From positions 1 to 24,355 of the IMG/VR virus record IMGVR_UViG_3300021446_000020: a DNA stretch of 24,355 nt. One strand, written 5' to 3'. The first letter of the stretch is position 1. Each line of letters begins with the position of its first letter. Made by a program: the position numbers and the translations under genes. Positions 7,517-16,300 of this stretch are shown here, piece by piece. The stretch comes from a virus (taxonomy: Duplodnaviria > Caudoviricetes). Under the pieces are notes generated by a model. It was not told the origin of the DNA. It saw only the letters and a list, made by a program, of their open reading frames with translations, and searched no databases.

Positions 7517-8971
7517 TTATCCCGACGTCGTGAATCCAAGCGTGGTATCTAAGGCGACGTCGCTATTGCTTCGTGCGGCGGCTAACACGACAAACACCTT
7601 ATCGCGGGGTATAGTGAACCCGAATATGTTACGGGGTTCGGTTAGTCCCGCTTCGTTTATCGCACCTGATTTTATGAACCCTGCCCCTACTTTTTCACCG
7701 TCGAACTTTTCTTCGCCGTCGATCGTCGACGTGTCTAACGACAGTCTGTCGGGGGTGTCCGGCTTCGCGTCGATAGCGAAGACGACGTCGCTTCGGTGCG
7801 TGTTCGACGGTTCGTCGTATTCGATCGTGCCGCTAACCGACGATTCGTCGGCGATCCGAACCATAGCCGACCCTTGGCTATCGCCCGAAAACGTCGGGGT
7901 TTCCGGGGCGATGATTGCGTCCGGGTCGGTCGCACGCGGCTTAACGACGCCGACGACATACCAGTTAAGTCCTTCCGTGCCGACGGTGCCGCCCGTCGAA
8001 TTGATCGTCTGGTTTCGTGCTTGGTGAACGTCGGGCGTTCGCTTCAAGTCCAATTCGCCGCGATACGCGCCCGCACGACCGCCCAAGCGGGCTTTCAGGT
8101 CTTGCCCGGACGTTCCGTTATCGGCGACGACGCGAATCGGTTGATTCGGTCTTTGGATCGACGGGCCTTCAACCGGTTCATATATTAAAACCGGGTGCCG
8201 TCGTTGCTTCCAACCCCCGGCTACCCCGGTTGTTTCGACAATATACGGCACTAACGCGGTCGGCCCATACCACCCTATTTCGAAGCCGAATACGTAGCCG
8301 GTTCGCGGGTCGAAGTTAAGACCCGACCGCCCCGACCCGTCCAAGGGGTCGATACCGTACACCCGTGCTTTCGCGCCGCCGTTAGAATGTTCGTCGAATT
8401 CGCCGATAAAGTCGCCGTCTTCCCAATCGCCCCCGGTGACGGGCACGACTATTTCGGTGGGCGTGCCGTCGCCGTCACGATCGCTTCCGACGACGAATTC
8501 GACGCCGACGTCGCGGTCCCCCGACCCGTCGGTGATACGAAACCCCGCGTATTCGACGCCGACGGCGGCTTCCGTCCCGTCGTATGGGTCGACGACCGTT
8601 CGGGGTTCGCGCCCGTACATAACTTCGTATTTGCTATCGCCCGTCGGTAGCACGTCGACGAATAGACCCGCCGACGCCGTTACTTCGGTTCCGGGGCGGT
8701 AGACGATCGACGGGGATTCGACGGCGACCGTGCTATCTGTTTGGGGGCCGTCGGTCGTAAGTTCGGCTAACGTCGCTTGCGGCTTTAGTGACGTGACGTT
8801 TCCGCCGTTCGACTGGTAGAATACGTTTTCGGCGTCGAAGCCGCGTGCCGGCCAATTGCTATCGGGTTGAATGACGAATTGGGCGATATAATTCGCGGTG
8901 TTTATTGCCCCGGTTAGGTTCGCCGGGCCGCGAAGCATTTTATCGAAGTCGGCGGCGTCGTTATCTGACAT
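7517..8971 (-). CDS. Beta-rich putative virion structural protein, 484 aa
   Basis: Start re-called at ATG 8971, 4 nt after the portal stop. Contains DPLDGSGRSGLNFDP...FEIGWYG; lies between portal and protease. Confidence 0.6.
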   Translation of the reverse strand: MSDNDAADFDKMLRGPANLTGAINTANYIAQFVIQPDSNWPARGFDAENVFYQSNGGNVTSLKPQATLAELTTDGPQTDSTVAVESPSIVYRPGTEVTASAGLFVDVLPTGDSKYEVMYGREPRTVVDPYDGTEAAVGVEYAGFRITDGSGDRDVGVEFVVGSDRDGDGTPTEIVVPVTGGDWEDGDFIGEFDEHSNGGAKARVYGIDPLDGSGRSGLNFDPRTGYVFGFEIGWYGPTALVPYIVETTGVAGGWKQRRHPVLIYEPVEGPSIQRPNQPIRVVADNGTSGQDLKARLGGRAGAYRGELDLKRTPDVHQARNQTINSTGGTVGTEGLNWYVVGVVKPRATDPDAIIAPETPTFSGDSQGSAMVRIADESSVSGTIEYDEPSNTHRSDVVFAIDAKPDTPDRLSLDTSTIDGEEKFDGEKVGAGFIKSGAINEAGLTEPRNIFGFTIPRDKVFVVLAAARSNSDVALDTTLGFTTSG

Positions 8972-8975
8972 ACTA

Positions 8976-11762
8976 TTATCGTAAGTGGTCGACGTGCCCG
9001 GCATAGCGGTCGGCCCATTCGTAAATCGTCGCGGTCGATACCTTCCCGTCTTCGTCTATATCCCAATCGTCGGCGTCGGCAAGCCGCCGGTTTAGTTCCT
9101 TGTGGGCACCGCGTGTCGATCCGGCGTCTTCTAAGCATTCCCGAAGCACGACCGGAAGCGACGCACCCAAGGCGTCTTCGATTTCCCCGACGCGCCGCGT
9201 CACCGTCGTCGCCTTTGCCACCCGTTCGACGACGTCGTCGTAATGATCGTCGTGGGACTTCGCGGATAGTTCGGCGGGTTCGACCGGGCCGCCTTCCGCC
9301 GTGAATTCGTCGGCGTCGGGGACGTCGACGCCGGATAGGTCGACGTCCGGTTCGTCGCCGCCCGTGCCCGACGCCCGGACAAACGTATGCCGTTCGTTCG
9401 GGTGTAGCGTGTGCTTTCGGAAGGATAGGTTCGGGAAGTGGTAATCGTGGGCTTGGCGTTCAAGGTCGACAAGTTCCGATAACGGTACGGGTTTGCCCGG
9501 CGGGTTCGTGAACGCTTCCGCGTCACCCGACGCTTGCCCCGTCGCTATCTTTAGGTCTTCGCACGCCGGCGTCGTTCGGCTATCGCCGGGGCCTTGCCAA
9601 TAGAACCGGGCGTCGTCTAACCCCCGGTCGCGGTATCCTTCTTCGCGTGCTTCATTTAGCACCTTCGACGATTCGGTTCGGGCGATCGTTTCAAGATCGT
9701 CGGGGTCGGCACGCGGTAGTTCGTCCGACATACGATCGACCATAGAATCTAACGACCACCCTTGCGATTGGGTAAGGGCGTCTTCTAAGGTGCCGCTAAT
9801 GACGTCACGAACCCGCCCCGGTAGCGATTTGAAGTCTTCGAATATCGCCCCGGCGTCGAAGACCGATTCGATTTGTTCGATAACGTATTCGGGGACGTCT
9901 TCGTCGCTTGTCCAAGCGTCTTTTTCGATCGCTTCTAACGACTGTGGGGCGATTTGGCGGGTGTACGCCCGAAGTAAGACCCCGTTCAACTTGGCTACTT
10001 GCTCTTTTGATAGCCCGGCGTCGCCGTCACCGACCCCCGGTTCCGCCTTTGCGTTCGTGTCGGCGTCGGTGTTTATCTGTAAGCGAACCTCCGGGTAGCG
10101 GTCTAACAAGGCTAAGACGTCCGTTTTGTCTAAGCCATAGACGACCATTCGCGGGTCGTGGGGGTCGGGTTCGTCCGGCGGCCAAACCCGTTCGTCGCCG
10201 TTATCAAACCCCTTCGTGTCGATTATCCGCCCACCGTTCGACGCGACGTCATTTAGAAACGAAGCGTATTGCTCTTGTGAACTATGTGCGACGCCGCCCA
10301 TAGGGTAGTGTAAGCGAACGCCACCGTCGTCTTTTCGGGCGTCGACGGCAAGGTCGGCGTCACCGGGGTCGTCGACGCTACCGAATAGCCCGCCGCCGCC
10401 CCCGCCGCCCCCGGCGTCGCCTTCTTCTATTTCGCCGTCTTCGACGACCAACCGGCCGTCACGAAGGGATACGTCCCGACCGGCGTTAGACATTTCCTTG
10501 CCCGCCGACGCTTGGTCTTCGATAAGCGACGCCCGGTCGCGGCGTTCGTCGATCGTCTGTTCCTTCGTGAATTCGAACTTTACGTCTTCGCTAATGTCCG
10601 ACCAAATGAACCCGCGATTAAGTGCTTCTTCTAATTGGCGAAGGGTGACGCGGAAGCCCCGTTGCTTGAACGACTCCCTTTGGGATTCGTCGGTCGCCCG
10701 GTTGACATTTTCGAAGTCAAAACCGGCATACGACGGGTTGACTTTGAATACCGATCCGATAACCGTCACCCAATACTTCGACCGGTCTAATATTTGAAGT
10801 TCTTGATAATTGTGGTTAACCGGTTCGAAGTTCACGGGCGTCTTTGAATACCCGACGCGGTGCCGTTCGCCTTGGTCTAATCGCATTCCTTCGACGAAGG
10901 TGTCCCAATCTTCGTCGTTCGGAAGCCCGCCGTATTCGTCTAAGGCTTCCGGCGACATGACGCCGGGCGGCCCGCCTTGGATTAGGTCTAAGCGTTCCTT
11001 TTCGGCAAGTTCTTCGATAAGTTCGACTTCGTTTTGGGCCTTTTCTAACGGGCCTTGCCCATAGAAGCGGTCGGGGCGGTTCGACCATTCCGCCCATACG
11101 ACGTCGTCGACGTCGAATTTGTCGACCTTCTTCCCGCCCCGCTTACTGATTTGAACGTATCCTTCGGGAATGCCGTGCTTGTCGACTAACTTGAAAAGCG
11201 ACGCCGAATCGACCGACACCAATTCGGCGACCCGGTTCGAATTGTTTTCGTAATGGTGTTTCACGATCGCCGCGTCGCCTAATTCAAGAAGCACCCGCGT
11301 CGTCGATTCAAGAAGGTCGGCGAAGGTTTGGTTCCCCGGCGGTAGTTGCTTAATGTGTCGTTCGACCTTCGCTAAGGCGTCGGCGGATATGTCGGCGTCT
11401 TCGTCGCGGGGCTTAATCGCCCATTCCGTCGACGAAACGTCTTGTGATAGGGTGTCGATATACGCTTGAACGACCGCGTTCGCCGAAATGTCGCGTAAGA
11501 AGACCGGGTCGTATGGCTTCGATCGGGCGTTCCCCCGGATGTTATCACGAACGTCTTCGTTTACGGTGACAAGTCGGTTAATCGGGCCGTCGTCTTCGTC
11601 TTTCCGGGTCTTCCCCCGTTCCGCCGTGTTCGCCTTGTCCGGGGAGTTATAGCGTTCCCGTCGACGGCGGCGAACACGCGCACGCTTTTCGCTTTCCGTC
11701 GGTGTAGTGTCCGAAACGAAGGGCGAAGTCACGCCCTTGATAAAATTAGCGAAACGCGACAT
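8976..11762 (-). CDS. Portal protein fused to a MuF/SPP1 gp7-like head morphogenesis domain
   Basis: Portal motifs (LLELGDA, FYGQGPLE, IGSVFKVNP...NRAT) in the N-terminal half; Gly8 linker; ETIARTESSKVLN...WQGPGDSRTTPAC...LHPNERH of MuF type. Confidence 0.88.
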   Translation of the reverse strand: MSRFANFIKGVTSPFVSDTTPTESEKRARVRRRRRERYNSPDKANTAERGKTRKDEDDGPINRLVTVNEDVRDNIRGNARSKPYDPVFLRDISANAVVQAYIDTLSQDVSSTEWAIKPRDEDADISADALAKVERHIKQLPPGNQTFADLLESTTRVLLELGDAAIVKHHYENNSNRVAELVSVDSASLFKLVDKHGIPEGYVQISKRGGKKVDKFDVDDVVWAEWSNRPDRFYGQGPLEKAQNEVELIEELAEKERLDLIQGGPPGVMSPEALDEYGGLPNDEDWDTFVEGMRLDQGERHRVGYSKTPVNFEPVNHNYQELQILDRSKYWVTVIGSVFKVNPSYAGFDFENVNRATDESQRESFKQRGFRVTLRQLEEALNRGFIWSDISEDVKFEFTKEQTIDERRDRASLIEDQASAGKEMSNAGRDVSLRDGRLVVEDGEIEEGDAGGGGGGGGLFGSVDDPGDADLAVDARKDDGGVRLHYPMGGVAHSSQEQYASFLNDVASNGGRIIDTKGFDNGDERVWPPDEPDPHDPRMVVYGLDKTDVLALLDRYPEVRLQINTDADTNAKAEPGVGDGDAGLSKEQVAKLNGVLLRAYTRQIAPQSLEAIEKDAWTSDEDVPEYVIEQIESVFDAGAIFEDFKSLPGRVRDVISGTLEDALTQSQGWSLDSMVDRMSDELPRADPDDLETIARTESSKVLNEAREEGYRDRGLDDARFYWQGPGDSRTTPACEDLKIATGQASGDAEAFTNPPGKPVPLSELVDLERQAHDYHFPNLSFRKHTLHPNERHTFVRASGTGGDEPDVDLSGVDVPDADEFTAEGGPVEPAELSAKSHDDHYDDVVERVAKATTVTRRVGEIEDALGASLPVVLRECLEDAGSTRGAHKELNRRLADADDWDIDEDGKVSTATIYEWADRYAGHVDHLR

Positions 11763-11792
11763 TCTTTGTTTACCGTGTTTAGGGGCCGGCGC

Positions 11793-11803
11793 TTTAAACT
11801 TCG
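11793..11803 (-). promoter_or_regulatory. BRE/TATA for the portal gene
   Basis: CGAAG-TTTAAA, with the TATA 31-36 nt upstream of ATG 11762. Confidence 0.55.
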
Positions 11804-11855
11804 CTACCGGAAGGGTCGGCCGGATCGACGTCGTGGTCGTGCCCGCACCGGCCGT

Positions 11856-12257
11856 TCAAAACGGCGGTATTGATTGGTGCGCCGACGGTGACAAGACTTC
11901 TATATTCGACGGTCGGTTGTCCCACGGAATATTATTGATGTGATGAACGTGGTTCCCGACGACCGCGTCGAAGCCATATTCGGCGACCGCTAACAGCCTA
12001 TGGTGATAGACGCGAAGTTGCGAACCGTCGGGGTCGCGTAACGCAAACCCTTCATAGTCGCGGTCACGCGACGAAATGTGGCATAGTTTCGGGGGTTCGT
12101 CGCCGTTCTTCGCCCGGCGTTCTATCCCGTGCTTTTCCATCCACTTGGCGACGGTTGCGAAATTACAATCTAATTCGTCGCCGACTTCGTGTAACGACTT
12201 CCCCTCGTCCCAATACAATCGCCGAAGCGTGTCTTCGTCGCGCCAAGGCTTGCCCAT
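11856..12257 (-). CDS. HNH endonuclease with N-terminal HTH (free-standing homing-type)
   Basis: PWRDEDTLRRLY...SLHEVGDELDCNFATVAKWMEKHGI (HTH) followed by HRLLA...VHHINNIPWDNRPSNIE...H. Confidence 0.88.
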   Translation of the reverse strand: MGKPWRDEDTLRRLYWDEGKSLHEVGDELDCNFATVAKWMEKHGIERRAKNGDEPPKLCHISSRDRDYEGFALRDPDGSQLRVYHHRLLAVAEYGFDAVVGNHVHHINNIPWDNRPSNIEVLSPSAHQSIPPF

Positions 12258-12280
12258 ACAAGTGATAATTACCGAAAGAA

Positions 12281-13321
12281 CTAATCAGTTACGTCGACGG
12301 GGTCGGTGTTGTGTTCACACGAACATTTTCCTTTAAGATGAAAATAGAAAGTCCCCTTCGTCACGTCTAAGCGGTCGATAACCGACGCGACCGAATCAAC
12401 CCCCCGCGTTCGATATTCGTGCCGTATCGCTTTACACAATTCCGGCGGGACCGACCGCCGGTCGGGTTCGAATGCGACGTCGTCGTGTCGGCACCGCCCG
12501 AATAGGTGTTTCCGAACCGCCGACACGTCGCGGTCGAAGGGGTCGGCCAAGTCTTGCGGTGACGTTCCCGACCCATAGGCGGCGCGAAAAAGGTCGCATT
12601 CGTCTTCGTCGATACGGGCCGACCCATTCGACCCGATCGGGGCTTCGACGCCGTCACGGTGCCCGCACTTGCCTGTAAGGTGCCGGTGCGCCGTCGACGT
12701 TCCGATAATGAACGCCGATCCTATGTCGGCGATCGCCGCCGTGTCGTTTTCACGATAGGCACGACGCATTCGCCGGCAAAGCGATTCGGATAGTTCACGC
12801 CCGTTACGCTTGTGTTCGAAGGTATGGCCGCACCGCCCGAAGACGTGTTTCACGACGGCCTTCGCCGACCGATTGTATTCCGCCCGAATGTCTTCGACAG
12901 TATCGCCGGTTTGAAAATCGACCCGCATTTCGCGGCATTCATCCGGTTCGATCCGGGGCGACGTCACGGGGTCGCGGTCGCCGTCGTGGTCGCACCGCCC
13001 GGTCGCGTGTCGGAAGATAACCGACGGGTGCTTGTCCGGCCAAGCGTCGATAATCGTCTTCGGGCGTGACGCCTTCCCCATATTCCGGCGTATTCGGTCG
13101 CATTCGTCGGGTGTAAGGCCGTCTTCGACGTAATAGTGCCCGTTATCGGGGTTCCCGTCGGATACGAACGACCGGATTTGCGCCGGGTCGCGGTCGGATT
13201 CGTCGACCTTGCTAAACCGAACGACCGCTTCGGCTTCGGTGTGGCCGAACGACGTGCGATCGACCAAACGGTCGACCCGGCCTTCGTCGGCGTCGGTCAA
13301 TTCGACGTCGTTCAAGTCCAT
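12281..13321 (-). CDS. Protein with five tandem Cys/His (Zn)-HTH-like repeats
   Basis: Five copies of C-x3-R...H-x2-G-[RK]-C-x-[HC]. Confidence 0.8.
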   Translation of the reverse strand: MDLNDVELTDADEGRVDRLVDRTSFGHTEAEAVVRFSKVDESDRDPAQIRSFVSDGNPDNGHYYVEDGLTPDECDRIRRNMGKASRPKTIIDAWPDKHPSVIFRHATGRCDHDGDRDPVTSPRIEPDECREMRVDFQTGDTVEDIRAEYNRSAKAVVKHVFGRCGHTFEHKRNGRELSESLCRRMRRAYRENDTAAIADIGSAFIIGTSTAHRHLTGKCGHRDGVEAPIGSNGSARIDEDECDLFRAAYGSGTSPQDLADPFDRDVSAVRKHLFGRCRHDDVAFEPDRRSVPPELCKAIRHEYRTRGVDSVASVIDRLDVTKGTFYFHLKGKCSCEHNTDPVDVTD

Positions 13322-13324
13322 AGG

Positions 13325-13645
13325 TCACGCTTGGCATTTTTCGCATATTCCGTCGATATTCACCCGGCGACGCGGTGTCGGCTTGGCACACCGCTTACAC
13401 GTCGCAAGGGTCGGGGCACCGTCACCGAAGACGTCGTCGCCGAATCGGGTCGCTTGTTCGGCGTGCTTTCGACACGCATAGACCCGGTGCCCGGCGGGGC
13501 GAAAGAAGTAGGTGACGGCGTCGTTCCCGCACCAAACGTTCGTCGGGCCGTCGGCGTCGATCGGATTTAGGGAGCAATTCGAATCTATGTCGTCGGGGTC
13601 GGCTTCGACTTCGACGTCGAAGTCGCCTTTCGTATCGTTCGTCAT
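13325..13645 (-). CDS. Small multi-Cys Zn-finger protein
   Basis: WCG, CRKH, CKRC and CEKC motifs. Confidence 0.75.
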   Translation of the reverse strand: MTNDTKGDFDVEVEADPDDIDSNCSLNPIDADGPTNVWCGNDAVTYFFRPAGHRVYACRKHAEQATRFGDDVFGDGAPTLATCKRCAKPTPRRRVNIDGICEKCQA

Positions 13646-13670
13646 ACCGAACGGTTCGGACGAAAGGGCG

Positions 13671-13681
13671 AAAAGGTATCG
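13671..13681 (-). promoter_or_regulatory. CGATAC-C-TTTT promoter box
   Basis: The box ends exactly 30 nt upstream of ATG 13645, the same spacing as in the repeat. Confidence 0.5.
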
Positions 13682-13698
13682 CCGGCGCTATTCGTTGG

Positions 13699-14253
13699 CT
13701 ACCGACACGACCGCCGGTTGTATTCGTCGCCGTCGTTCGATTCGTGCCCGCAATCGACGCAAACGGCCAAGTTATAGCCGTTCTTATTGATTAGGCGGTG
13801 TCCGTGATAGTCGACCGGCGTGTCGACGTGAATCCGCTTCGGGTAAAGCCCGGATTCGGCGACCGGGACGTCGCCTTTCAGATATTGAAGAAGCGCCGCG
13901 ACGTTCACTTCTTCGGCCGACCACGCCGAAGACGACCACGCCGCCCGTGCGTCGACGACGTCGACGTAAGCCGTTAGCACGACGAAGTCGCGGTACGCTT
14001 CGCGTGCGTCGGCACACCCGACCACGACGTCGCACCCGTCGATATGACCCCGGTATCGCCAAGCCCGCCCGTCGCGGCCGATCGGGTTCGCTTCGACCGA
14101 CCCGTGTTCGACCGCGTCGGCGGCAAGCCCCCGACTGATTGGTCGGTCGGGGCACCCGAACCGTTCCCGAACGTGCGGCGGTTCGTGATAGGCGTCGATC
14201 GTCCGGGGAACGACCGGCGGCACGGCGTTCCCACCGTTTGAAGCGGTAGCCAT
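13699..14253 (-). CDS. Hypothetical protein: possible RelE/DUF4258-like N-terminal domain plus C-terminal CxxC
   Basis: HVRERF...ISRGLAADAVEHG...WRYRG...VVVG...VVLTAY pattern; CVDC near the C-terminus. Confidence 0.5.
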   Translation of the reverse strand: MATASNGGNAVPPVVPRTIDAYHEPPHVRERFGCPDRPISRGLAADAVEHGSVEANPIGRDGRAWRYRGHIDGCDVVVGCADAREAYRDFVVLTAYVDVVDARAAWSSSAWSAEEVNVAALLQYLKGDVPVAESGLYPKRIHVDTPVDYHGHRLINKNGYNLAVCVDCGHESNDGDEYNRRSCR

Positions 14254-14256
14254 ATC

Positions 14257-14682
14257 CTAATCACCTGAAGTATGCGAAGGATTCACACTTGAATCTTCGT
14301 CGCCCCAATCGTCGCCGTACCGAAGTTTCCGTGCGAACGTCGCCGACCCGCCGTTCTTCTTGTTTTGTTCGGCGACGGCGTCGGTGTCAAAACACCGCGA
14401 ACACGCATCGCGGTTCGTGACCGACCGCGTCGGTCGAAGCACCCATTCGGTGTCGGTCTTCGGCGTACACCCGCACTTCGGTTCCGGGTTCCCGTCGTCG
14501 TGGGCTTCGTCGACGCGGTTCCCGTCGCTATCAGTAAATACGACGTTCCCGTCGCCGTCGGTCGCCGGGATATGTGCCGATCGGGAATGTTGGGAACGTG
14601 CCCGAACCGCGACTTCGCCGCCGTCGTGATACACTTCGGTTTCGATACGATCGCCGTCGGTCGTCGCTTGCGTGCTTGCCAC
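14257..14682 (-). CDS. Hypothetical Zn-binding protein
   Basis: SAHIP...PKCG...CSRC. Start uncertain; GTG 14682 chosen given TTTTTAA at 14717-14723. Confidence 0.6.
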   Translation of the reverse strand: MASTQATTDGDRIETEVYHDGGEVAVRARSQHSRSAHIPATDGDGNVVFTDSDGNRVDEAHDDGNPEPKCGCTPKTDTEWVLRPTRSVTNRDACSRCFDTDAVAEQNKKNGGSATFARKLRYGDDWGDEDSSVNPSHTSGD

Positions 14683-14843
14683 AAGTTCGCACCGTTCGAC
14701 CGTTCGCAAGCCCGGATTAAAAAGGTATTGACGTTAGTAGGAAATGATTAACGCCGACGAAAGCATAACAAAGACCCGTCACTTCCGGCATTCACGAAGT
14801 CGGGGCGGGGTGACGGTCCCCGAACGCCGGTAATCACGGCCCG

Positions 14844-15536
14844 TTATAGGTCGCCGGACGGTTCGAAGTCGCCCAATCCGTCTTCGTCGACGTCGGGTTC
14901 GGGATCGGGCGTGTCCGTCCGGGCGTCGTTACCGTCGTCTTCCGCGTTCGCGTTCATAGCGCCCCGGTGCGTCGCGTCGGCACCGTAAGACGACGGGTCG
15001 AAGTCGGCGACTTCTAACGCTATGTCGACCCATTCCGTGCCGAAGGTGTCGACCGCGACGTCGACGACCGCTTGCCGGTGTTCGGGGTCGGCGGCGGTTT
15101 CGAATAGCCGGGCGATCGTGTCGATAACGTGTTCGGCGTGCCGGTGCGTGTCCGAATCGTATAGCCATTCGACCGGGACGCGGGCAAGCCGACCACGCGG
15201 ATACGAATACGTGTTCGACTTCTTCTTCGACGGAATGTCGGACGGCTTCGTCGGTAAGAAGACGCATTCGAAGACGTCGTCGGTCGGGCCGATCGGAAGC
15301 CACGGGTGGGCCTTGTAGGTCGTCAAATCGAACGAATCGCGTTCGAAGACGTCGACCGCCGTGCCTTCGCGCTCCCGAACGTATAGCGGCCGACCTTCGA
15401 CAAGGTCGATAACTATATCGCCCCGTTCGATACCGGCGGGGAAGGCGGCGATATTCTTTTCTAACTGTTCTTCGGCGTCTGTCGCGGCGTCGTCGAAGTC
15501 GTTATCGACGGCCCCGCTTGGTTCTTGGCTTGCCAT
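14844..15536 (-). CDS. Hypothetical acidic protein, 230 aa
   Basis: Long acidic ORF with GDIVID...YSYPRGRL (SH3-like barrel possible). Confidence 0.75.
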   Translation of the reverse strand: MASQEPSGAVDNDFDDAATDAEEQLEKNIAAFPAGIERGDIVIDLVEGRPLYVREREGTAVDVFERDSFDLTTYKAHPWLPIGPTDDVFECVFLPTKPSDIPSKKKSNTYSYPRGRLARVPVEWLYDSDTHRHAEHVIDTIARLFETAADPEHRQAVVDVAVDTFGTEWVDIALEVADFDPSSYGADATHRGAMNANAEDDGNDARTDTPDPEPDVDEDGLGDFEPSGDL

Positions 15537-15674
15537 AATCGGTCGGTCGCGGATGCGACGGTATCGACGTGTCTGTATTTCCGCAAGAATGTGTCGGTCG
15601 TTCGACCGGGTCGTATAATGCCGACCCTAACGGCCGCAAACACCTAAGTCTGATTTTTCCGTCGGTACACACGA

Positions 15675-16238
15675 ATGGCGAACCCTTTTGAACACGAACG
15701 CGAATTCGTTTCGGGGCTTCAAGATAAGGCGTCGTGGTTTTACCGTGACTTCTTCGGCCCGCACGACCGGTTCGCCGTCGAAGAAGTCGGGGACGGCGAA
15801 CTTGAACGCCAATTAGACTTTTCAGGAACCGACCAGATAATCAAGCCCGACGGCGACCCCGTGACGATACACCTTGCCCAAAGGTTTCGACGGCGACGCG
15901 AATCGGGGGCGACCGACTTTTCTATACGGTGCGAATCGAACGGTGTGCCGACGGAATACCAGAAATTAATTCGGAACCACATAAACCGACGGGGACATAC
16001 CCCCGGCGCGTATGCGTTCGGGGTCGTCGACGACGGGGCGTTTGAAGAATTCTATTTTCTTTCGGTCGACTTGTTAGTCGAAGCCCTGAAACAAGACGCC
16101 TTATCGACCGATCGGCACAAGAACTTCGTTAACGGGAACCCCGACGGAACGGAAGCCTACTATATTCCAATCGACGAACTTCGGTCGAAGTCTATCGTTA
16201 TCGGGCGGTACGAAGGCAAGGGCGAACGCCGTCTTTAG
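15675..16238 (+). CDS. Hypothetical protein, possibly PD-(D/E)xK nuclease-like
   Basis: The only credible plus-strand gene. LDFSGTDQII...LAQRFR...DFSIR...TEYQKL...YAFG; fills the gap between minus-strand genes. Confidence 0.6.
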   Translation: MANPFEHEREFVSGLQDKASWFYRDFFGPHDRFAVEEVGDGELERQLDFSGTDQIIKPDGDPVTIHLAQRFRRRRESGATDFSIRCESNGVPTEYQKLIRNHINRRGHTPGAYAFGVVDDGAFEEFYFLSVDLLVEALKQDALSTDRHKNFVNGNPDGTEAYYIPIDELRSKSIVIGRYEGKGERRL

Positions 16239-16300
16239 ACCTATTCGGGAAGCGCGTCGGTGTCGATCGAAAGCGCGTCGTCTAAGCCTTCCCGGCGTCG

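Noticed and set aside
14773-14818. Intergenic hairpin CCGTCAC...GTGACGG
   Set aside because: Single stem with no recognisable motif or clear promoter; insufficient support for an RNA call.
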